This document shows, in pieces, positions 49,781-59,610 of a stretch of DNA of 64,000 nt. The notes under the pieces were generated by a model. That model made no database searches and was not told the origin of the DNA. It saw only the letters and a program-made list of their open reading frames with translations. The number at the start of each line of letters is the position of its first letter. Position 1 is the first letter of the stretch. A program made the translations under genes and the position numbers. This DNA comes from Marsupella aquatica (lineage: Eukaryota; Plantae; Marchantiophyta). The stretch spans positions 3,909,223 to 3,973,222 of the forward strand of contig OZ316892.1 of assembly GCA_973895155.1 (NCBI GenBank). The letters are read 5' to 3'.

Positions 49781-52462
49781 CTACTTGTGATGCAATTGCA
49801 AAACCTGCAATACGTCACGGTGTCTAGAGAAACTCTCCAAAGGAATCACTTTGGTAAATGCGTCAGCCGGGTTGAGTTTACCATCAATCTTGACTAGCTC
49901 AAACAAATTATCAGACACAGCCTGCCTGATAAAATGGTACCTGACGTCAATGTGCTTCACTCTGCTGTCCATCACCTGGTTCACAACAAGGTGGAGCGCA
50001 CTTTGACTATCACAATGGAGCTTCACATTCCCCTGTGGCAATCCCATTTCAGTGATAAGTCTATCCAACCAAATCGCTTCCTTTGCTGCTTCTGCAGCTG
50101 CAACATACTCCGCTTCTGTAGTAGACTGAGCAATACACTTCTGCAAAGTAGACCTCCAACTTATGCATCCACCGCCAAGTGTGAACACGTATCTTGTTGT
50201 TGATCTCCTTCGGTCCAAATCTTGTCCATAGTCAGAATCTACATAGCCAATCAATGATCTAGCATTCTTTGCATTCGCATCAAATAAAAGACCATGATCC
50301 ACGGTACCCTTCAACCCATACAAGGATTTCAGCAATCTGCAAACCAATTCCTCCTGTCCTCTCTTCACAAAACCTAGCGGTTGTCTCATGAAGATCACCT
50401 CTTCCAATGTGCCATAGAGGAAAGCTGTGACAACATCCATCTGATCTAGGAGCAGACCAAACATTACAACAAGTACACACAATAGTCGTATTGTAGAGTA
50501 CTTAGCAACTGGTGAGAAGACCTCATTGTAATCCACACCTTTCTCTTGTGTGAATCCCTTTGCTACCAATCTAGCCTTGTAGACCTTCGATCCACCTCCA
50601 ATGGAATTATCCTTCAGCTTGTAAATCCACTTGCTGTCCACCACTTGCTGACCCTTAGGCAGCTTAACAAGCTCCCAAGTTTTGTTGTCCTTTAGTGACT
50701 GCATCTCTGTTTGCATTGCTGCAGTCCACTTTTGCTTCTCCTTTGAAGCACTTGCCTCATGAAATGAAGAAGGTTCTCCTTCTTCCAAAATTAACGCATC
50801 ACCCTCATCATCAGCTGTAAAATCATCCTCTTGCAGTTGAGATGAATCAACCCACTGTCCATACCTTGATGGAGCGCGTACAGTGCGACCAGATGTTCTT
50901 CTAGCCGATGACTCCGGTTGATCTGCGTGTGCTGGTACAATTTGAAGCTCAACAGCATCCACTTGCTGCTCACCAGCATCAACAAACTCCTCTGGTTCCT
51001 CTGGCACAGGAACCAGCTCCATAATTGGAGCAACTCCTTCTCTCCGGTCATGCACCTCATAACCAATCTCCCCCTCAACGAGATCCGGGATAGGAGATTT
51101 TCTTTTGTCAGTACGGGAGACCTGAGTATTCTCCCCCTCCTTCAATAATCTGGATTCATTGAAGGAAACATCCCTACTGACAACGAGCTTACAGGCAATA
51201 GGATCCCATAGCCTATAGGCTTTCACACCACTCTGGTACCCAAGAAAAACACATTTCCTGGAGGTAGGATCCAACTTGGTCCTATTCTGCTTTGGTGTGA
51301 GAGCATATGCATCACTTCCAAAAATTACCAAGCCATGATAGTCTGCTTGCCGCTTATAGCGCATCTCAAACGGCGTTTTGAAATTGATAGCACTAGAAGG
51401 AGAAAGATTTACCAAATAAGCTGCGGTATTGACAGCTTCTGCCCAAAATTCTTGTGGTAAACCTGATTGGCTCAACATACTCCGTGACCGCTCCAACAGT
51501 GTCCGATTGAGCCTCTCAGCGACACCATTCTGCTGCGGAGTATAAACTGTGGTGAGATGGCGAGTTATCCCCTGTTCTGAACAGTACTCTTCAAATTCCA
51601 TTGAAGTGTACTCCCCGCCGTTGTCTGACCTCAGACTCTTCACCCTTGTATCCAAACACTTAATCGTGTTTCCAGTCTGATTCTCCACCTGGGCCTTCCA
51701 CTTCTTAAAAATGGACAAGACATCAGACTTATGCGTCATGAAATAAATCCACACAAATCTTGAGTAATCATCAATAAATGATACATAGTACAACTTTCCA
51801 GAGTGTGAGGGAGTCGGGGATGGACCCCACACGTCACTATGTATGTACTCAAGAACCGCTTTGGAACGATGAGTTCCAACACCAAAAGCACGACGATGCT
51901 GCTTTCCAAGAATGCAATGCTCACAAAACTCTAATTTACAAGATTGCAAATCAGAAATGAGTCCATTCTTCCGTAAGATAGCCAAACCCTTCTCACTCAT
52001 GTGGCCTAGCCGTGAATGCCACAGTTGAGTCATCTCCTCGTGAGACTTGGTTACATTGGCCTCTCCACATACAGTATTGCCCTGTAACACATACAAATTC
52101 TTTTGTCTATTCCCCTTCAAAATCACTGTCTCTCCCGACCTGACTTGAAGTTCACCATCAATAACGCTCCATTGATGACCATTTGAATCCAACACACCGA
52201 GTGAAATCAGATTCTTACGCATGCCAGGTACATACCTGACTCCGGACACTGTGCGCACAGCGCCATCAAACATTTGAATCTTCACAGACCCAATTCCCTC
52301 AATTTGACATGAGTGATCATTTCCCATCAGAACTGAACCGTTTGAAACAGAGTAAGAACTGAAAAACTCACGAATGTAACAAATATGAAAAGAGCAAGCA
52401 CAATCAAGAATCCACACATCATCTGCTCTCCTAGATGACGTGCACAGGGCATAACCCCGGCT
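49781..52462 (-). CDS. pol: Copia Pol (PR, INT, partial RT, RNase H), in frame with gag after a TGA; RT core deleted
   Basis: Open from the codon after the gag stop to 49781. PR WILDCACSFH, intact INT HHCC and DDE. RT jumps from LLKSLYGLK to GTVDHGLLF, so YVDD is absent. RNase H intact. Confidence 0.9.
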   Translation of the reverse strand, partial: SRGYALCTSSRRADDVWILDCACSFHICYIREFFSSYSVSNGSVLMGNDHSCQIEGIGSVKIQMFDGAVRTVSGVRYVPGMRKNLISLGVLDSNGHQWSVIDGELQVRSGETVILKGNRQKNLYVLQGNTVCGEANVTKSHEEMTQLWHSRLGHMSEKGLAILRKNGLISDLQSCKLEFCEHCILGKQHRRAFGVGTHRSKAVLEYIHSDVWGPSPTPSHSGKLYYVSFIDDYSRFVWIYFMTHKSDVLSIFKKWKAQVENQTGNTIKCLDTRVKSLRSDNGGEYTSMEFEEYCSEQGITRHLTTVYTPQQNGVAERLNRTLLERSRSMLSQSGLPQEFWAEAVNTAAYLVNLSPSSAINFKTPFEMRYKRQADYHGLVIFGSDAYALTPKQNRTKLDPTSRKCVFLGYQSGVKAYRLWDPIACKLVVSRDVSFNESRLLKEGENTQVSRTDKRKSPIPDLVEGEIGYEVHDRREGVAPIMELVPVPEEPEEFVDAGEQQVDAVELQIVPAHADQPESSARRTSGRTVRAPSRYGQWVDSSQLQEDDFTADDEGDALILEEGEPSSFHEASASKEKQKWTAAMQTEMQSLKDNKTWELVKLPKGQQVVDSKWIYKLKDNSIGGGSKVYKARLVAKGFTQEKGVDYNEVFSPVAKYSTIRLLCVLVVMFGLLLDQMDVVTAFLYGTLEEVIFMRQPLGFVKRGQEELVCRLLKSLYGLKGTVDHGLLFDANAKNARSLIGYVDSDYGQDLDRRRSTTRYVFTLGGGCISWRSTLQKCIAQSTTEAEYVAAAEAAKEAIWLDRLITEMGLPQGNVKLHCDSQSALHLVVNQVMDSRVKHIDVRYHFIRQAVSDNLFELVKIDGKLNPADAFTKVIPLESFSRHRDVLQVLQLHHK

Positions 52463-53497
52463 TCATAAAACATACTCATCATTGAGTAAATCAGCTTCTC
52501 CATCAGCCCTAGCCACATTTGCCGATGAAGTTTCCGTTGCCTTTCCCTTACAGTCTCGCTTGAAGTGTCCAACTTGGTTGCACTTCCAACATGTCACCTG
52601 CCTCCTCTGAGGGGATTTACCCTTGGACTTAGATCTGGATTTAGATCTAAACTGGGTTCTACGGTCCCCAGTTGGTCGCTGCATACTCCTCCCATGGTTA
52701 ACATTGAGGGCAGCACCAGATGATGAAGGCTGTGACGTGATGTGCATCTTCTGCTGAAGATCATCACTAAGCAGAGAACTTACCACGTCATTGTATGAAA
52801 TGGTATCCCTATCACGATGCAACAACACTCGTGATAGGGACTGGTAAGATGGAGGCAATGAACTAAGAAGCTGCAGAGCCTTCGTCTCATCATTCAAAGT
52901 CTCCCCAAGGTTTTCCAAGTCAACGACCATGTCGTTGAAAGCATCCACATGGTCTTGCAACTTCGTACCAGATTCCTTCATCCTGAAACTCATCAGTTTG
53001 TAGGAAGTGTAGAGCCGGTTCGACAACTCCTTGCGGTGATACTTGCTCTGCAATTCCGCAAACAAGGACATGCAATCCTTATGTGCACCTAACTGCTTGA
53101 TGATGGGAGGCATGAGATAGAGTGTAACACACCACACTCCCTGCTCCTGCATGCGGTCCCATTGTTTCTCATCAACATCGTCTTCACGAGGGCTCAGCAG
53201 TTGGCCCATCCCTGACGCATAAAGCACTCCCTTCACCTGCTTCTCCCATAGCAAGTAGTCAGAGCGCCCATCATACTTTGTCACTTCATACTTGGGTCCC
53301 CCAAGCTTGAAAGTCCCCATCTTCTTCTTTACCGTGAGCTCCGGTAGTAGTACTGCTTCCTCCACCACACGCCGCACCGGTGATGGTATCGGTGTCACGT
53401 GCTCTTCCTCCTGCTCCTCTCTCTGCCCCTGAAACCTCCGCGGTGATCCTCGTGCTTCAAGTTCCACGTCTTCAAAAAACTCCTCCGAATCACTCAT
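52463..53497 (-). CDS. gag: Copia Gag (344 aa, capsid-like region plus CCHC zinc knuckle)
   Basis: Intact ORF MSDSEEF...LSNRLY...LQLLSSLPPSY...CWKCNQVGHFKRDC...NDEYVL*. Confidence 0.93.
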   Translation of the reverse strand: MSDSEEFFEDVELEARGSPRRFQGQREEQEEEHVTPIPSPVRRVVEEAVLLPELTVKKKMGTFKLGGPKYEVTKYDGRSDYLLWEKQVKGVLYASGMGQLLSPREDDVDEKQWDRMQEQGVWCVTLYLMPPIIKQLGAHKDCMSLFAELQSKYHRKELSNRLYTSYKLMSFRMKESGTKLQDHVDAFNDMVVDLENLGETLNDETKALQLLSSLPPSYQSLSRVLLHRDRDTISYNDVVSSLLSDDLQQKMHITSQPSSSGAALNVNHGRSMQRPTGDRRTQFRSKSRSKSKGKSPQRRQVTCWKCNQVGHFKRDCKGKATETSSANVARADGEADLLNDEYVL

Positions 53498-54910
53498 ATG
53501 AGAAAGTCACAAAAAATGTTGTTTTTCACAACTTCTCAAAAAACTTGAAACTCAACACCGCCGCGTAGCCCACAAAGCTAGGAGTCCAATACTGAAAACC
53601 AAAATCAAAATCGAAATTTGACGGAAAAGTTATTCAAATTTTGGTCGAGGTGGGTAAAACCTTGGGAAACTCCCCCGTTTTGACCACCTCAGGGAATAAC
53701 CGAAATACCAAGTACAACCCGTTGTCGGAATTGCGATGTGATTGGTGCGCTGCATTGCCAACTTCAATGGCTACGACCTCGCCGAAAAATAACCAAAAAA
53801 GTTACCATTCGGCGGATGAAATCTTTGTCGGACGGTCAAAAAATAGCTCTCTGGTTTTTTGGAATATTCTATGACCCTTGTACAGGCCCTGTGGGAATTT
53901 TGGAAGAACAATCGAGGGGCTGACATGTGTACTCGAACCCCCAAAACCCCCTACCACCCTTCGTCGTCGAAATCTGGTCGCGCGCGCAGAAAATACACAC
54001 GGCAGAATGTACCCCTCGACACCAAACGCAAGATATCTCACTCGGGTTTTGACGAAATCAAGATCCGATTTCAGATTTGGAAACTAGACTCCGAGGCGAT
54101 GAAGATCGATATAAGAAGCACCCAAAACGAGGAAAGAACGAGGGAGAAAAAAATTGGTAAAGATGATAGATTTCTCTCAATTGTCATAGCCAATTTCGAA
54201 TCAGTTTTTCAAAGAGAAAAAAATGGTACCTTGTCAACAACGAATGTTGATCAATTGCACTTGGTGCCGTCACCAAGTCCAACAAGGTAATTGATTTTGC
54301 TTAGCCTTCCTCTTTGCATCAAAGAGCCAATCCCGGACTCAAAAACAATCGTCTTGCCTCAATCTCTCCGTTGAGTCAAAACACTTGACGCTTCTCCCTC
54401 CGAGTCGATTGCCAACTTTCTTCACAAAATCCAGAACGACGAAAACTTAGATCTCTCTGCACCACGAGCTCCGTTCAACGATTTCTTCACACCGTTAGAA
54501 AGCTCTTGCCCTGATCTATCCGTTGAGCCCATACACTCCAAGTTCCATGCGATGGAACTCTGGAAAATCCACCAACACTCAACGCTGGAAAAACCGTCAT
54601 GAAATCCCGTCACGAACACACGTCACCTCCCAAGCATGCTCTGATACCAATTGTTGAGCATAGACGACGATCGCAACGGCAAGCCCATGAACCATCCAAC
54701 GCACAATAGTCGACACAAGAGATACGTGGTTCACCTCCTTGAGGCTACGTCCACGGGAACACACAAGAGAGCTTTACTGAACTCTAAGCCCGTCGGCTAT
54801 ACCGAGTCTCCACAGTGTAAGCTCTCCCTATCTCTCAAGTGGCTCCATAACAATGAGCCTTGGTTCTACCTCTCCAAGCACACATGCCTCTTATGATATA
54901 GTGTGCAACT

Positions 54911-55071
54911 TAGTTGTACCTAACCACATAGTTGTACCTAATCACGTAGTTGTACCTAACCACATAGTTGTACCTAATCACGTAGTTGTACCTAACCACA
55001 TAGTTGTACCTAATAACGTAGTTGTACCTAACCACGTAGTTGTACCAACCCACGTTGTTGTACCAACCACG
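54911..55071. repeat. 18-bp tandem array in the U3 of copy 2 (5' LTR)
   Basis: Same array as at 49392-49552. Confidence 0.95.
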
Positions 55072-56184
55072 TCATACCTAACCTAGACGTAAGAGTAAAT
55101 ACCCAACAGTTTTGGGTGCTATCAGGGTGCTATTAGGGTACCATTTTTTTAAAGTTGTTTTTTGCAAATAAATCACTTGTGACTTAAACAATTCTTTGAT
55201 CCTATTTTTCCACAAAAAAATTAGAATTATTCACATTAAACATGAGCATTTACTTTATTTTTGTGAATGTTTTTTAGTCACTTTGAGAATTGTGAGCGTT
55301 TCCTTTATCTTTGTGAAAGTTTTTTAGTGTCACTTTGAGAATTGTGAGCGTTTCCTTTATCTTTGTGAAAGCTTTTTAGTGTCACTTTGAGAAAGTGAGC
55401 ATTTCCTTTATTTTTCTGAAAGTTTTTTAGTGTCACTTTGCGTAACCCTAGAGACCTGAATTGCAATATAATTTTGATAGCTAATTTTGTGGTTGTTACT
55501 AGTAAGATTAGAGCAAAAATGAGATTCACTACTGTACATGCAAGTGTATCCGGGCATTTTTCAAACCTGGGGGTACATCGTACTTCCCTTCTCGTTCCCA
55601 CCAGAAAATGGTTCAATCAATACAATGGGGAATCTGCTTTCCACCACGAACCTGACACAGTTTCATCAAATTGGCAATTGTACACGTTGAAATGGAAGTT
55701 TATAACAACCGCACCAACTTGGCAAAGAAATAAGGAAAGCTTCTGTGGCCGAGTAGGACATTAAGGCCTTCGTTGGAACAATGGAAGGGGATAACTAGAC
55801 TCAACAAGATTTTAAGGGGACCAGTAGACAGGACGGGGCGTCCTTGGAATGGATCGTTTACCCAATTCTTACTAGACAAATTCTTTTAGTTTCAGCAACA
55901 GGTTGCCCATGAGACTCTTCTGTCTGAAGCCAAGCGGGAATGAGTTTCACCATAATTTTTGCCACATGAACATCATCTCAACGAAGCTGCGAAAACTGCA
56001 TCAAAGAAATGCTACCGAAGACAATCGTATTGCAGCTGACGCTTTATTTGCAACATACTGACAAGTTCGGTATGACATAAATTATCCAACTGATGGAATG
56101 TAAAGATGTAGAATGTGCGCAGAAGGAAAAATGATTCATCTAATCCTGAATCGAAAACCTACAAGATGTGCTTCTGGAAGACAA

Positions 56185-56616
56185 TCAACCCGGTCCGACC
56201 TTCGGAATGTCGTAGTGTTCACTGAGATTGGCTAAATACTGATTAAATTCTTCAATCTTTTGTCTATGCGACTTGCTGGCCACTTTCGCGAGCCGTTTCA
56301 TCTCCAACCTGGTTCTCTGCTCATCGTAGACTTTTTCGGCAAGAGTTCGGTGGTCTTCGTAAGTTGCAGCACGCCCTTCGTGTCCGCCTTCACCCTGCTC
56401 TTCGTCCCCATCGCTCCCATGAGATGACCTAATACCTTCGTTCGTCGGTTCCGACGCCAGCCCTTCCCTCTCGTTGTGGTTGCTGTTCAGCTGGAGCAAA
56501 TTTTGCTCTAACGAAACTTTCTTCTTCGCCCTCTTCTTCTTCGTCTCTCCGTCCTTCACGTCCAGAGCCTTCCCCTTCAAATTCAGCTTCCCCCCAATCA
56601 CATTGTTGTAAGACAT
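56185..56616 (-). CDS. FAM32A-like (DUF1754) protein, 143 aa, intronless CDS
   Basis: MSYNNVIGGKLNLKGKALDVK...KKKRAKKK...DHRTLAEK...ASKSHRQKIEEFNQYLANLSEHYDIPKVGPG*, with the conserved N- and C-terminal FAM32A motifs. Confidence 0.92.
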   Translation of the reverse strand: MSYNNVIGGKLNLKGKALDVKDGETKKKRAKKKVSLEQNLLQLNSNHNEREGLASEPTNEGIRSSHGSDGDEEQGEGGHEGRAATYEDHRTLAEKVYDEQRTRLEMKRLAKVASKSHRQKIEEFNQYLANLSEHYDIPKVGPG

Positions 56617-56644
56617 CGCAAGCAATTGAAATTCGCCCACTCAC

Positions 56645-56805
56645 AATGAATCAACGAAACGTTTTGCCCGAAATTGAGAATCTCTCGTTGAGAATGAGAT
56701 GAACTCACTCCAAAATATGAAAGAAAAGTAAGAACTGGATAGCATGAATCAACGAAACTTTCTTGCGACATTCACAAATCTTTCGTTGAAATTGAGATGA
56801 CCTCT
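56645..56805. repeat. Degenerate duplication (period ~98 bp) just upstream of the FAM32A-like ATG
   Basis: atgaatcaacgaaac...aatct(c/t)tcgttga..a(a/t)tgagatga(a/c)ctc at about 56646 and 56744. Confidence 0.7.
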
Positions 56806-57199
56806 TTCATAAATATCAACGAAGTAGAAGGACGGGATAGCAGCCAGAGCTTTGCCGCTTTGGGCCGCTGGTGACAGTATGCAAAGTGCCTCTACTGACT
56901 GTCGAGTGGAAAGGACGAGGCAGTTTACACGACAAAGGATGTAACATTTTATCACAACTAGGCTGGTTAAAGGAACTAGCCCATCATCCCTTCCTTTAAC
57001 GTAAATAGATAATGAACAAAATCTTGGCACTGAAATTTATATGCCATTTTGGTTAATCTTTGTCAGATCCTTGTTTTTTGTCCATATTCATTTCAATTTT
57101 ATCTTTATTTAGGGTCAATATCATTTTTGTCCATTGTCATTTAAAATTTTGACTTCATTGTCCCTTAGTATCAATTTTGTCATATTGGAAATTAGGGTC

Positions 57200-57860
57200 T
57201 AGAGGCTTCACCCTAGACCTAGGCCCTGAAGAGTAGGCTTTAGTTGACACTTTTATAGTAAGATAAGATAAGATTAGCCTGATTATCAGCTCCTTGAACA
57301 TAAATAGATATGAAGAAAAACAACCGTGTTTAATCAAATTTCTATGCTATTGCAGTTAATTTTTGCCCAATCCTTTTTTTTGGCGCTTTTATAGTAAGAT
57401 AAGATAAGACTAGCCCAATTACCAGCTCCTTGAACATAGATATGAAGAAAAATAATTGGAAGAAAAATAATAATAAAATAATACCAATTTTGCGTAATCA
57501 AATTTCTATGCTATTTCAGTTAATCTTGCCCCATCCTTGTTTATTGGCTACCCTCATTTCAGTTTTATCTTTATTTGGAATCATTATCATTTTTGTCTAT
57601 CCTCATTTAAAACTTTTTTTTATTGAGACTCATTATCACTTTTGTCCACCCTCATTTATACTTTGTTTTTATTGAGACTCATGATCACTTTTGTCTCTGT
57701 TAAGGGTTATGGTCTAAAAACTTCACCCTAGCCCCTTACTACTAGACTTTGTTCACGCTTTTATTATAAGATAAGAGACATTTTACAAGACAAGGAATGT
57801 AGCCGTTTAGCACAACTAGCCTGATTACCAGTTACGTTCCCTTAAATAGAGATGAAGAGA
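57200..57860. repeat. Degenerate direct repeats
   Basis: ttttatagtaagataagataaga.tagcc..att.ccagctccttgaaca at about 57250 and 57387, with a partial copy at about 57760; cttcaccctag at 57205 and 57721. Confidence 0.65.
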
Positions 57861-59410
57861 CAAAAAAAACCTTCCATAAAAACAGATTCAGTTTTATGTA
57901 GTGTTCACCTTTGCCCCATGTGCGTGCACCCTCACTTTAAGTTATGCCCTCATTTAAAGTTAAGGTCTTTTCTAGACACTAGGCCCAAAAAGCACTCTAT
58001 ACGGTAGGCCCAGGAAATAGCATTGGGAGGTTTTTTTTGTTAGATTTTAGTATCTACAATCTTTTTTATTTATCAGGTAGTCTCAAGCCTCAGGGTTTTT
58101 GGCTCCGGGCAAGGTCAAGGTCACACACATTTTCCTAGAGTAAAGTGGTGGACCTGCAAACAATTGTCCTACCACTTGTGACAGTGGTCCGTAACTCACA
58201 CTTTGCGACCGGGACCCTTCAGATTTGAGACACTGTACTAGGGAGTCTATTCCATGGAGGTTCTACTTGACCAGAATCAATGCTCTGTCCTGGGTCCTGG
58301 GTCAAAGTACTCTGTCTTCGATCAAAAATCTACTATTCCTGAAAAACACTACCGCCACTAGTGGTTGGGTGGTCAGTCCACCCACATCTGTATGCATCAA
58401 AATTGGGAGGTGCCTTTCACAAAAACATCCAGATTTGAAAATTCAATGAGACGTGTCAGGTAGTGTGACCCATCTCAAATCCAAAAACCCTAGATTAAGT
58501 TTGCTCAAAAGTTGGGTTTCAGTCAGGCCTAAGTTCTCAGACTGGCTGCTGACCTAAAAGGAAAGGAGAAACAATTGACATAGAGACACCCTATAGAGTT
58601 CTTTTGTACTCTGTTTGGTCCTTTTCTGTAAAACGTTTGTATATATTTCTATAGAGTTCTCAGTTTTCCTGGCCAGACTAAACCACTTTTGGGTCCATTG
58701 GTGAGTTAGTCTCCTCAAAACCCAAATTGCCCCAAAACTGATGGTGAATTGCAGGTTGTACTCACTCTTGCCCTACGTGGAGCTCCCTAGCAACAATCTT
58801 ACTCGTGCACTGGCCTGGCCGTCCCATGTATGTGTTGAGTGCTTCACCAAACTAGAGGGGAACTCCTCAGCAGCGAATATGAGTTTCACCCCCAATGTTA
58901 CACTCTCACCTTGGGACCTAATTACTAATTTCACCTTCACTTTTAGACAGAACCAGGGTGATGTCAGAGTTTACGGAAAACTTTACTCCCTCCTAATTCT
59001 TTGGAATAAAAAATAATGTTGTTATGCCACCACCCTTGTCAAACTACCATTCAAATTAATCAAGCAAACTTACATTGCTATGCAATGCACACTGGTCGCA
59101 CAGCAAGTGCAATATATACTATCAATGGTCTGTTGCAAGTCAACGGATTCAAGACCATGCATGGCTGCTGTAGGGACACAAGTTTTGTCTTGCTGGAAAT
59201 GCCATGGGTATTGTTTTAGTTTTGCCTTGGAAATCAAACTTTAACGAAAAAAAGATGACAACACCTGCCAACCAATCATGGGCCCACAAGATCACAAGTG
59301 TCAGACAATCACCACTGGACTTGGAGGGAGGTAACCCCACCCAAGAAACTAGTAACTAAGAATGGCTGAAAGCTAAACCTAAAATTTAACCAGGTAAACA
59401 GGGGCAAATC

Positions 59411-59610
59411 TGGTTAGTCATTTACTCTTAAGTTTAAAGTTACAACTTTAGTCATCGTTAAACTAATTGTAGTTGCAAAGTTGGTAAGCTTAGTTGTGCT
59501 GCATCCTATATACACAAGCCGTGCTAACTTGCAAAGGACAAACTCAGGCTCATTGTTACGGAGTCATTTGAAAGATACTGAAACTTGTACTTGAAGACTT
59601 GGTATGGCAA
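59411..59610 (+). mobile_element. Highly degenerate LTR remnant of the same Copia family, opposite orientation
   Basis: tggttagtcatttactcttaagtttaaagttac...aactcaggctcattgttacggag...cttggtatggc matches the reverse complement of the 345-bp LTR. Confidence 0.7.

Larger units (their letters stand above)
49133..55108 (-). mobile_element. Full-length Ty1/Copia LTR retrotransposon, copy 2, recent and RT-deleted
   Basis: 457-bp TG...CA LTRs at 49133-49589 and 54652-55108 that look identical by eye. TSD GTTTT at 49128-49132 and 55109-55113. PBS TGGTATCAGAGC at 54638-54649. PPT at about 49590-49604. Confidence 0.98.

Noticed and set aside
52463-52465. TGA plus hairpin interpreted as selenocysteine insertion
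   Set aside because: Land plants lack the Sec machinery, and the stem has no SECIS features.
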